Below are positions 17,839-26,166 of a stretch of 32,000 nt of DNA, piece after piece (positions within the stretch are counted from its first letter, which is position 1; every line of letters begins with the position of its first letter). Made by a program: the position numbers and the translations under genes. Location of the stretch: NCBI RefSeq assembly GCF_000018305.1, contig NC_009954.1:30001-62000 (forward strand), in the 5' to 3' direction. The DNA is from Caldivirga maquilingensis IC-167 (lineage in GTDB: Archaea; Thermoproteota; Thermoprotei; Thermoproteales; Thermocladiaceae). The notes beneath the pieces were generated by a model. The model did no database searches. It saw only the letters and a program-made list of their open reading frames with translations, and had not been told where the DNA came from.

Positions 17839-20184
17839 ATGAGGTATATAAGTAAATCAACAATACTAATATCAGTAATGGTATTAGCCATCATTACGAT
17901 TATTGCACTACCCCAACAAACTCAGAAGCCTCAAATAATATGGGCTGATTACGGTACAATAACCACACTAACCGGCCCAATCTATAATCCATTTTACCCA
18001 AATACATTAGCCACAGATACAGTAACCAGTATAATATCCTATGCGCCACTGGCGTTATATAATCCATTCAATAATGTATTTTACCCGGTCTTAGCCAGTA
18101 ACTGGACTATTCAAGTTCTCCCTAATGGTAGTGGTATTTTAACTGTTTACCTTAGGAAGGGGCTGTATTGGTTTAATGGTTCAGCTACAATGCTCTTCAC
18201 TGCATGGGATGTTTACGCATACTTCTACATTGAGGATAAGGCCTTTGAGGCATATGCCCCATTCATGCAGCCACAATACGCTGATGAGAGTATAAGGGTA
18301 CTTGATAATTATACTATTCAATTCCTATTCCAAATATGGAGCCCAACCGAGTGGATATACTTCATTACCTCAAGCATTGCGACTCCTTGGCCTGTTTGGA
18401 AACCCATTGTTAATGAGTTGAAGACTATGAATGCCTCCCAAGCCTTAGCCTTCTCAACCAATGTAACTAGGTACGTGGTGCCTTACTGGGGTATTTTCCC
18501 ATATTACTTAACCTACATAAGTTCATCAAGCATAGAACTAACCCTGGAGCCAAGCCCATTGCTCAACCAGTGGTATACCGTATTTCCGCTTGCAGACTGG
18601 AATTACTATGACCCAACCTTCGAGGAATTCTTTACTGGGAGCCAGTACATAGCATCACTGGTGTCGCATAAGGCCACTTGGGCTGGCGGCGCGGCAGGCA
18701 TTAAGCAGGTAGCCTTACTTAATAGCAGTGGCTTCAGTGCATACTTCGCCCCAGACTTATCAGGCTGGGGAATCACGTTCAATCCACATGTGTATCCATT
18801 CAACATAACGCTGATTAGGGAGGCCCTATGCCTCATATTTAATAGAACAGCCGTTGTAGCTGCCTGGGGACTTAACTACCCTAACTACTACTCTCAGCCA
18901 ATAGCCCCTGAAACTATTAGTTCTTATCCGCCAAGTGTTAGGCAGTTCATTATACCGTGCTCCTATGATCCAGCTAAGGCGGCTCAAATGCTGCAGAGCC
19001 TAGGATTCAAGAAGATTAACGGATACTGGTATTTGCCTAATGGCTCCATGTTCTCAATATACGTACTGGCACCCAGTGGTTGGATTGATTGGGATACCAT
19101 GGCTTCTGAGGCTATTGAGGAGATGCAGGCATTCGGCATAAACGCTAAGTTAATCACAATGGATGCTGGAGCCTACTGGGGTACCATGATACCTGATGGT
19201 GATTACGTCGCTGCATTAACATGGACCACCGCATTCACTCCAGCCTACTATAGTGCGTGGGAGGCGTTGAGTAATCCATGGTGGGCCTTCGGTAGTGCAA
19301 TATCTGCTTATACTCCTGGTAGTGAGGTTTGGCCATTCCAGTGGCCTAATGGGACATGCACACCAGTCACTGCACCAGCATCATTGAAACTACCCAATGG
19401 CACAATAGTATGGTGCATCAACTCAACATACGGCTACATAAACCTAAGCAACTGGCAAACATTCTTCAATGATGCAACTCCAGGAACAGCGGACTACAAT
19501 CTAGCACTAGACACAATATTCGCATGGTATAGTTACTTCACTCCAATAGTGCCGTTAGCAGCCAAGATAGACCCATTCACGTACTTAACACCAATAGCTG
19601 ATCCGAATTGGCTATACCTCTGTCTACCTAATGAGACAACGTGGTTCCTTGTATCTGCAAACTGGTACACCTACGGCTCATTAATAATGCTAATGTTTGG
19701 TGCTGTTGCACCAAGAGGCGTAGTACCACCATTAGCCCAGGTAATTGCTAACGGTAGCCTTTGGGTAAAATACCCACAAATAGCAAATCTACTTGCCTTA
19801 CCTAGTCCTGATCCTTCGTTGCAGGCTTGTGTGGCATCGTACTTCCATATACCGTATACTCCGGTGACTACTTCAACCTCAACAACCACGACTACATCAA
19901 CAACTACTACATCAACAACCACAACCACTACTACACCGGTTACTACTACGGCTACAAGCACTACTACGACTACTTCAACAGTAACCACTACTGCCGTTAG
20001 CACTGTTACAAGTACTGTTACAACCACTGCTGTAAGCACGGTTACAAGTACAGCAACCACTACGGCAGTAAGCACAGTAACAGTAACCAAACCAGTAGTA
20101 TCAACAGCATTAATAGCAGGAATAATTATTATTGTAATCGTAATAGCAGCAGTAGCAGCAATAATAACATTAAGAAGAAGATAA
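17839..20184 (+). CDS. Extracellular solute-binding protein (ABC family 5, Dpp/Opp class) with a signal peptide, a Thr-rich stalk and a C-terminal TM anchor
   Basis: 781 aa. The N-terminal hydrophobic signal is STILISVMVLAIITIIAL. The mature domain is large, rich in Trp/Tyr/Pro, and carries about 15 N-x-S/T sequons. The stalk is about 75 aa of almost pure T/S/V/A, and the terminal TM helix is followed by RRR. This architecture is typical of crenarchaeal oligopeptide-class binding proteins. Assignment to family 5 rests on general resemblance only. Confidence 0.65.
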   Translation: MRYISKSTILISVMVLAIITIIALPQQTQKPQIIWADYGTITTLTGPIYNPFYPNTLATDTVTSIISYAPLALYNPFNNVFYPVLASNWTIQVLPNGSGILTVYLRKGLYWFNGSATMLFTAWDVYAYFYIEDKAFEAYAPFMQPQYADESIRVLDNYTIQFLFQIWSPTEWIYFITSSIATPWPVWKPIVNELKTMNASQALAFSTNVTRYVVPYWGIFPYYLTYISSSSIELTLEPSPLLNQWYTVFPLADWNYYDPTFEEFFTGSQYIASLVSHKATWAGGAAGIKQVALLNSSGFSAYFAPDLSGWGITFNPHVYPFNITLIREALCLIFNRTAVVAAWGLNYPNYYSQPIAPETISSYPPSVRQFIIPCSYDPAKAAQMLQSLGFKKINGYWYLPNGSMFSIYVLAPSGWIDWDTMASEAIEEMQAFGINAKLITMDAGAYWGTMIPDGDYVAALTWTTAFTPAYYSAWEALSNPWWAFGSAISAYTPGSEVWPFQWPNGTCTPVTAPASLKLPNGTIVWCINSTYGYINLSNWQTFFNDATPGTADYNLALDTIFAWYSYFTPIVPLAAKIDPFTYLTPIADPNWLYLCLPNETTWFLVSANWYTYGSLIMLMFGAVAPRGVVPPLAQVIANGSLWVKYPQIANLLALPSPDPSLQACVASYFHIPYTPVTTSTSTTTTTSTTTTSTTTTTTTPVTTTATSTTTTTSTVTTTAVSTVTSTVTTTAVSTVTSTATTTAVSTVTVTKPVVSTALIAGIIIIVIVIAAVAAIITLRRR
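19981..20088 (+). repeat. Three tandem 36-nt coding repeats (12-aa unit x-TTAVSTVT-x-T) inside the Thr-rich stalk
   Basis: Unit coordinates are 19981-20016, 20017-20052 and 20053-20088. They encode VTTTAVSTVTST, VTTTAVSTVTST and ATTTAVSTVTVT. The peptide units are nearly identical, but many synonymous codons differ (gcc/gct/gca, gtt/gta, act/acg/aca). Confidence 0.8.
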
Positions 20185-20221
20185 GAAGATAAGAGGCCAT
20201 CTCAAACCACTTCCCATAGTT

Positions 20222-20234
20222 AAAAAATATTTTT
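20222..20234. terminator. Putative bidirectional oligo-T terminator (AAAAAATATTTTT) between convergent genes
   Basis: There is a T5 run on the plus strand 46 nt after the SBP stop, and a T6 run on the minus strand about 30 nt after the stop of the 281-aa ORF. Archaeal RNA polymerase terminates at oligo-T tracts. Confidence 0.35.
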
Positions 20235-20256
20235 ATCTCATCAAATCTGTATTGGT

Positions 20257-21102
20257 TCATAAATCATGCTTTATACATTTTACCGCATCTATTATACTTA
20301 TTCCGGTAGCAGTAGTTGTGAAGCCTTGCTTTTTTAATTCTTCAATTAGTTTCATAACCATGCTATTAGATAATGTTAATGGTAGTATTGTTACCTGCCC
20401 TGTGCATGCACCTGCTGGTAATTGGGAATTTAGTAGTGTTAATTCGCTTGAACTTGGTTTTGACGTTAATCCTATATTAAGGGATAGTAACGTATAGGCT
20501 GGGTCGCTTACTGATTCATCACCTATTTCATTGCTGGCTGGCAGTACCCCTGGATTACTCCAATCCACTACCTTATCGTTTAATTCACCTTGAAGTATTA
20601 ATGCTGTATTAAGTTTAAGATCCCCCATTAGGTGTTTTTTCATTAATAATGTCTTACCTCTTCTTAACTCAACCCTTCTCCCATTTAATACCGATAATGG
20701 ATTCTCATAGATTACTGCTAAACCTAAATCATATATATTGAATCCCAGGAAGAGTTTTAGGGCATTGGATAATGCAATTACGTCAGCTAAATCACCTGCC
20801 TCTTCATACGCCCTCATAATTAACGATACTATATCATTGTTTCCTGAAACACCTTTAATATATGACCAGATTTCCCCATACGTGTCCTCAATAATCCTCC
20901 TGCTACCAGTTATTGATACCCATGCTTTAAAATAATCCTCATTAATCTCAACCCCACCAATCATTACTATTGTTGATATTAATGCCCCAGGGAATGATTT
21001 ATATTCATTAATTAGCTCAGCCAGGCTAGTTATTATTTTTCTATCCCCAGGGTAATCAATGTAAGCTAGCATTCCGTAATATTCATTAAGTTGCAGGTAC
21101 AT
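20257..21102 (-). CDS. Hypothetical protein (281 aa), no family recognised
   Basis: This is a long ATG-initiated ORF with the codon and composition style of neighbouring minus-strand genes. I see no TM segments and no catalytic motif I can name. Confidence 0.5.
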   Translation of the reverse strand: MYLQLNEYYGMLAYIDYPGDRKIITSLAELINEYKSFPGALISTIVMIGGVEINEDYFKAWVSITGSRRIIEDTYGEIWSYIKGVSGNNDIVSLIMRAYEEAGDLADVIALSNALKLFLGFNIYDLGLAVIYENPLSVLNGRRVELRRGKTLLMKKHLMGDLKLNTALILQGELNDKVVDWSNPGVLPASNEIGDESVSDPAYTLLSLNIGLTSKPSSSELTLLNSQLPAGACTGQVTILPLTLSNSMVMKLIEELKKQGFTTTATGISIIDAVKCIKHDL

Positions 21103-21204
21103 TTAAGTTTTTCGTAAACCTTCGTGGTTAATGAGTTTACGTTTTACCATGATACTGATGCACAGTGAAGAAATATTTAAAAATCGATACTGATATCGAA
21201 TACT

Positions 21205-21585
21205 ATGAAGCTAACGGTAATAGTTGACTCTGAGAACCGGGTAACAGGCCCAGGGGAGGGTGAGTACATACTCATTTATGAAGTAAACGGTGATGCAGTG
21301 GGGTTAATAGGTAAGGAACCTAACCCAGCGTTGCAGGCTGAGATGCATAGGGGATTATATGCACTAAGGAGGGTGAAGGAATTGGGTGCTGATTCACTGA
21401 TTGTGAGTGAAATAGGTAGGCCTGGGTTTAATCTTGCTAAATCCCTCAATTTAAAGGTCTACATAGTTCCTGAGGGTGTGAGTGCTGATGATGCCGTTAA
21501 GATGGTTATTAGCGGTAAAGTTAATGTCGCTAATGCACCTACACATGAACATGGTCATCATGAACACGGGTTAGAATTCAGGTAA
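21205..21585 (+). CDS. NifX/NifB-C-terminal-like (dinitrogenase FeMo-cofactor-binding fold, MTH1175-type) protein with a His-rich tail
   Basis: 126 aa. The pattern ...LGADSLIVSEIGRPGFNLAKSLNLKVYIV...ADDAVKMVISGKV resembles the Nitro_FeMo-Co domain family. The C-terminal tail is THEHGHHEHG. The TATA box atatttaaaaa at 21173-21183 is centred about 27 nt upstream of the ATG. Confidence 0.5.
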   Translation: MKLTVIVDSENRVTGPGEGEYILIYEVNGDAVGLIGKEPNPALQAEMHRGLYALRRVKELGADSLIVSEIGRPGFNLAKSLNLKVYIVPEGVSADDAVKMVISGKVNVANAPTHEHGHHEHGLEFR

Positions 21586-21614
21586 TGGAATCATTATTTA
21601 ATACTGAAGTGATT

Positions 21615-22100
21615 TTAAATGGACTTACCCTCCTCCCCCTCCTCTTGATTAGACTTACCTAGTAATTCATTTATTGATACGGTGTATTGCTTAAGGTGGT
21701 TTGCCACGAAAATCGGTGCATTAACCCTTAAAGCCACTGCAACTGCGTCACTTGGTCTGGCATCAATGTAGTGTTGTGAACCAGTCCTATTATCCTTAAG
21801 GTATATTGTGGCAGTGTACGTGTGATCAACTAAGGCATCTATCGTAACCTTCTCAATTGTTGCATTAAGCCTCTCCAGAATATCCACTAGGAGGTCGTGT
21901 GTTAATGGCCTTGGGAAGTCTGTTTGACCCATTGCCTTCTGTATGCTTAATGCCTCAGCCATACCTATCCAAATCGGTAATACGAAATCACCCCACTCCT
22001 CGGTGCTTAGAAGCATAACAGCCTCAGCGCCAGTTGAAGTAACGTACACACCCTCAACCACGGCCTCTAGGTAATCCTTAGTAGTCTCCTGATTAGGCAT
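21615..22100 (-). CDS. Bifunctional nuclease (BFN/DUF151) domain protein
   Basis: 161 aa. The segments LPIWIGMAEALSIQKAMGQTDFPRPLTHDLL and IDARPSDAVAVALRVNAPIFV match the conserved BFN-domain motifs (RPLTHDL and DARPSDAIALA). The C-terminal tail is acidic. Confidence 0.75.
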   Translation of the reverse strand: MPNQETTKDYLEAVVEGVYVTSTGAEAVMLLSTEEWGDFVLPIWIGMAEALSIQKAMGQTDFPRPLTHDLLVDILERLNATIEKVTIDALVDHTYTATIYLKDNRTGSQHYIDARPSDAVAVALRVNAPIFVANHLKQYTVSINELLGKSNQEEGEEGKSI

Positions 22101-22161
22101 GCTCTAATTATTCAACTTCTTCTTTATTAAACTTTTCCAGCTTAAGTGCCGTGTAGCGTAT

Positions 22162-23085
22162 TTAAAGTGAAACATTAATCGTCATTGATTTCCTACCTCT
22201 AACAACCCTTAGCTTAAACTCCCTCTTACCTTCAATATACCTATTGTATAGGTATGTCTTAAGCCTAACTATTGATGATAACTCAATATCATCTATACTT
22301 GTTATGACATCACCCCTCCTTAAACCAGCCTCATCTGCAGGTGAATAGGGTTGAATAGAAACCACTAATACTCCTCTATCCACCGGTAACTTATACTGCC
22401 TTGCAAGTATCTTATTAATATCAATACCGTAAATCCCTATCTTAGGCTTCTCAACAACACCCCTACTTATTAATTCACTTATTGATAATTTAGCTAAGTT
22501 AATCGGTACAGCGAAGCCTATGTTCTGGGCTCCAGCTATTATAGCTGTGTTTATGCCCACTACCTCCCCATCCAGGTTTACTAATGGTCCACCTGAGTTA
22601 CCTGGGTTTATTGCCGCATCAGTTTGAATTAAACCCTCAAGCATTACTTCACCAGCCCTTATTGTCCTACCTAAGGCTGATACTATGCCGAATGTTGCGG
22701 TGGGTTGATTCATTAAACCCAGTGGATAACCTATTGCAATTACTGGTTCACCAACCATTAACTTATCAGAGTCACCCAGTTTAATTGGGTTAAGCTCACC
22801 CTCAACCCTAAGGACTGCTGTATCAACCTCGGGATCCACACCAACTAACTCTGATTCAAATAAGTCACCATCACTTGTAACCACGGTGACTTCACCGAGT
22901 TGAGAAACCACGTGAGATGCCGTGGCTACGTAATGCTTATCCACTGCAAAACCTGTCCCAAAACCCCTAACTGGTACTACATTAAGCCACTCATCCACCA
23001 CCGCTCCAGCAGTCACAATGGCAACTATTGATGAACTAACCTTATTAACTATGCTTGGGATTAGTTCCTTAATATTAGTTGACAT
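22162..23085 (-). CDS. HtrA/DegP-family serine protease with a C-terminal PDZ domain
   Basis: Catalytic triad contexts are present: ATASHVV (His), DTAVLRV (Asp) and GNSGGPLVN (Ser). The PDZ-like segment is GVLVVSIQPYSPADEAGLRRGDVITSIDD. I prefer the ATG at 23085 because the TATA box ctttataag (minus-strand sequence, about 23112-23120) lies 27-35 nt upstream. The longest ORF uses TTG at 23133. Confidence 0.85.
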   Translation of the reverse strand: MSTNIKELIPSIVNKVSSSIVAIVTAGAVVDEWLNVVPVRGFGTGFAVDKHYVATASHVVSQLGEVTVVTSDGDLFESELVGVDPEVDTAVLRVEGELNPIKLGDSDKLMVGEPVIAIGYPLGLMNQPTATFGIVSALGRTIRAGEVMLEGLIQTDAAINPGNSGGPLVNLDGEVVGINTAIIAGAQNIGFAVPINLAKLSISELISRGVVEKPKIGIYGIDINKILARQYKLPVDRGVLVVSIQPYSPADEAGLRRGDVITSIDDIELSSIVRLKTYLYNRYIEGKREFKLRVVRGRKSMTINVSL

Positions 23086-23134
23086 GTTAACGCATTCTAA
23101 CCACTGCTTATAAAGCTTGATTTCAACATCCAAA

Positions 23135-24499
23135 TCACTTAATTAATACTTCCTTTAATCTAATTAATGTACTCATCTTGAGATTCCTCAACTCAGCCTC
23201 AAGGGCATTCTCACTAGTGTTAATGTAGGCTTCCCCAGTCGCTACATCAAGCATTGATTCAAAACCCGTGGGGTTAAGTAAATTAACCCTACTTATCCTC
23301 TCCCTCACTTTATCATACACGAATTTAATCATGATCCTTTTCACATTAGTCACATTATCTTCATTAATCCTTTCAATTAAATCATCAACACCATTAAGGC
23401 TCATTACCCCCCTCACCTCATTAATGAATGCCTTAGTAACCTTACTCATGATGCTTGATGAGTCTGCCTCCAGTTTACTTAATATTAACCTTAATACATC
23501 ATTCACATTAAAGCCAGTTAACTCACTGCCTGAATCATTATTCTTAATCACAATTGGCCAGTAACCGTAATTCTCCGTTAATATGCCTGGGGACTCCATG
23601 AATCCTAATTCACCCACATCATTAATGCCTAATGCCTCCTTAACCTCCACAGGAGCCTTAACAATATTTCTATCACCTAATGAATCCAGGTAGACGTAGG
23701 TTAATGGAACCAAGTCACTAATTATACTTCGCAGGATACCTTCCATGAAGGATACGGTACTGAAGCCCCAGTAGAGTGGTGAGAACCTTGGGTTACCCCA
23801 CTCATCATTAATCGCAATATGGATAACATAGTTAAGTTTAAAACTTAAGGACGTTATCATGTTCACTAGGTTGATTAAGGCATCTAGTACTTTACATGAC
23901 TCAACACCAATGAAGATGGGGCTAACGTTAACACCAAAGATTACCACGTGTCGTGAATCCCCCTCCCTCATTATTACTAAGTCATAGTAAAGTTCACTTC
24001 TTATGGATGACTCAATACTGTACTTAACCTTAATGCCCTCAGTGGCCTTCGGTACATGTATTACAGGTATTTCAGTGGGTTCACCCCTACTTTTAATTGT
24101 TAAATCCCCCAGTAGTAATGGTGCATTAACATTATTACCGCCGCCGGTGTAGATTATTGAATCGTATCCTTCACGTAAAGCCCTCCTATAATCCATTCTT
24201 CTACTAATGACCGACTCATTTAGGTTAAGGATAAGTGGGTTTGAAACTTCACCGCTTCCAGCAAATAATGGTGATAGTGACCTCGCATCAATGTTCTCCT
24301 TATCATTAATAATGACCTTACTTAAAGCCCTAGCCCCCCAGTGGGGTGTTATTAAGTATGATAATTGAGGATTATCTATAGTGGCTAGTAATGATTCAAT
24401 AAACTGCTCAATAATGGGTGTTAAATCCGCTTTACTCTGAATCCCCCTGCACATGTCCAGTAAGTTAGGCTTCACTGCGTTAGCCACTGCGAAAAACAT
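23135..24499 (-). CDS. Hypothetical protein (454 aa), no family recognised
   Basis: This is a long ATG-initiated ORF with no TM segments. It appears to have a mixed alpha/beta body and a helical, charged C-terminal region of about 100 aa. Its stop lies 1-50 nt from the HtrA start, depending on which HtrA start is used. Confidence 0.6.
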   Translation of the reverse strand: MFFAVANAVKPNLLDMCRGIQSKADLTPIIEQFIESLLATIDNPQLSYLITPHWGARALSKVIINDKENIDARSLSPLFAGSGEVSNPLILNLNESVISRRMDYRRALREGYDSIIYTGGGNNVNAPLLLGDLTIKSRGEPTEIPVIHVPKATEGIKVKYSIESSIRSELYYDLVIMREGDSRHVVIFGVNVSPIFIGVESCKVLDALINLVNMITSLSFKLNYVIHIAINDEWGNPRFSPLYWGFSTVSFMEGILRSIISDLVPLTYVYLDSLGDRNIVKAPVEVKEALGINDVGELGFMESPGILTENYGYWPIVIKNNDSGSELTGFNVNDVLRLILSKLEADSSSIMSKVTKAFINEVRGVMSLNGVDDLIERINEDNVTNVKRIMIKFVYDKVRERISRVNLLNPTGFESMLDVATGEAYINTSENALEAELRNLKMSTLIRLKEVLIK

Positions 24500-24648
24500 A
24501 TTTAACGGTTAATTGAACTAGCGTTATGCTTAGGATAATTAGGAACATTACCCTAGTGCTAGTGGTTGTGATTTCACTATTGGCTATGCGGAGTAATGGT
24601 GACTTATTTAGGGTCTACTTGAGTAACGTTAAGGCATTAAGGCGTTAA

Positions 24649-24909
24649 TTAATATTCACTACCTGGGCATAATTCCCTAATACCCTCCAGTATCTTCACA
24701 ACTGATTGGTAATCTTTCCTCTCCCTAGCCTTCCTAAACAGTGATGCTGACCAGGGGGCTTCACGTATAGTTAATTGGGCGATTAGGCTTAGTATAGTCA
24801 TACCCTCACTATTTAAGTACCCATCACTGTAGTAGCCCGAGAATGGGTCCTCAAGTAGTTTCACTAGTTTAAGCAAGTATACGCAATCTACCCTTCTCTG
24901 CTTGGTCAT
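24649..24909 (-). CDS. Small hypothetical protein (86 aa) immediately downstream of fen
   Basis: The ATG at 24909 lies 5 nt after the FEN1 stop codon (24915-24917). The track's longer version uses TTG at 24918. No family is recognised. The sequence is MTKQRRVDCVYLLKLVKLLEDPF... Confidence 0.4.
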   Translation of the reverse strand: MTKQRRVDCVYLLKLVKLLEDPFSGYYSDGYLNSEGMTILSLIAQLTIREAPWSASLFRKARERKDYQSVVKILEGIRELCPGSEY

Positions 24910-24914
24910 TTTAA

Positions 24915-25967
24915 TCAACCGAAGAATGAGTCGAGGGTCGTGGATCCCTTAGCCTTACCCATGCTTTTTCTTAATCTTTCTAATGCATTCTTAACCCTGT
25001 CTTGGCTGAAGTCATGCTCCTCCACAAGTAGCCTAACTACCTCATCCTCATTAGGTTCCTTAAACTTAACATTAACCTCCTGGGTCACTGGTGGGTTGAG
25101 GAAGAATTCCCTTATTTTAAAGGGGTCCACGGGGAATTGAGCGTTCTTAAGCACGGTATTCATGAGTTTATCTAGGCTACCATATTCCTGAATCAACCTA
25201 AGAGCCCTCTGTGGACCAATACCAGGTATTCCTTCAGGATTATAATCAGTACCCAGTAGTATGGCTAAGTCTATTAATTGACCCCTATCCCTTAACCTAA
25301 GCGCCTTAAGAACATCATTCAACTCTATTAACTCCGGTGTAACCTCAACGTACTCATCCCTACCCGGTAACTTTCTTCTACCTGAAATAGTTAAGTTCCT
25401 AACAAGCCTAGGGGCACCGAATAAGAATGAGTCGTAATCCTGGCTGCCGGCAGCCCACACGATACCCTTACTAGCCATATACGCCGCTTGAGCCTCCCCC
25501 TCGCTTGGAGCCTGAACCCAGGGTACACCCATGGAGTCTAGGAGTCTTTTAGCCTCATCAACCATATCACTCGTTATGAATAATGCCCTCTGCGCATACT
25601 TCCTAGCCTCACTCTTCTTACCCTCCTCAACAGCCTTAATCCAATCCTCCACAGCCTTCTCCCTAACCCTCCTCCTCTTCTCAATCTCAATAAGCTTCAA
25701 TTCAGGGGGCTTACCATCAAACACATAGACTGGTTTAATACCATACTCAAGCAGGTTAATTGTCCTGTAGAGTAATCCACTTAAGTGACTGGTGACCCTG
25801 CCTTGGGAATCCATGAGCGGTGTACCATCGGGTTGCCTTATTGATGCTAGGAATTGATAAAGAGCATTATACGCATCTAACGCTATTAACTTACCGTTAA
25901 GCTGCTCAAGACTCACCCTCCTCCTCAAGTTATCTGGAATAAGCTTACCAAGCTCAGTAACACCCAC
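24915..25967 (-). CDS. fen: Flap endonuclease 1 (FEN-1)
   Basis: 350 aa with XPG-N/XPG-I motifs ([46 protein letters not shown]), an H3TH region ([15 protein letters not shown]) and a C-terminal PIP-box-like TLDSFFG. The start is GTG at 25967. Confidence 0.9.
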   Translation of the reverse strand: MGVTELGKLIPDNLRRRVSLEQLNGKLIALDAYNALYQFLASIRQPDGTPLMDSQGRVTSHLSGLLYRTINLLEYGIKPVYVFDGKPPELKLIEIEKRRRVREKAVEDWIKAVEEGKKSEARKYAQRALFITSDMVDEAKRLLDSMGVPWVQAPSEGEAQAAYMASKGIVWAAGSQDYDSFLFGAPRLVRNLTISGRRKLPGRDEYVEVTPELIELNDVLKALRLRDRGQLIDLAILLGTDYNPEGIPGIGPQRALRLIQEYGSLDKLMNTVLKNAQFPVDPFKIREFFLNPPVTQEVNVKFKEPNEDEVVRLLVEEHDFSQDRVKNALERLRKSMGKAKGSTTLDSFFG

Positions 25968-26166
25968 ACAGCCTAATCTAGCCCCAGCGTATTAACTTAT
26001 CTTCCCATTACTTCAACCACACATTACCCTCTAGTTAAGGCAAAACCCCTGCAACCACTAGCATTGGCATATCCCCTATAGTATTCCTAACAGGATGAAT
26101 GCACAAGACCTCTATACAGGACCTGTCTCTTAAAGGTTGAGGGAGGATCATTCGCTTCTATTCGGG

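Noticed and set aside
19671-20090. 139-aa Val-rich minus-strand ORF
   Set aside because: It is the mirror image of the Thr-rich stalk coding region, because ACN codons read as NGT/GTN on the opposite strand. It is not an independent gene.
20252-20497. 81-aa plus-strand ORF overlapping the 3' end of the 281-aa gene
   Set aside because: It lies antisense inside a longer, better-supported ORF and has no promoter element or motif. The same reasoning applies to the other short antisense ORFs in the track (for example 666..848, 779..1114, 1217..1576, 2167..2466, 13036..13365, 22584..22784, 23268..23564, 25531..25728, 27167..27406, 28999..29190, 31370..31567).
24629-24650. Short tandem TTAAGGC(a/g) x2 next to TTAATTAA at the 3' end of the 86-aa ORF, and CTAGTG x2 at about 24553-24564
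   Set aside because: There are only two copies of 6-8 bp units, which is within chance expectation for AT-rich intergenic DNA.
26035-26151. 38-aa minus-strand ORF (MILPQPLRDRSCIEVLCIHPVRNTIGDMPMLVVAGVLP) in the kinase-fen spacer
   Set aside because: It is short, has no TATA box or Shine-Dalgarno sequence at a sensible distance, and has no recognisable features. It cannot be distinguished from a chance ORF without conservation data.
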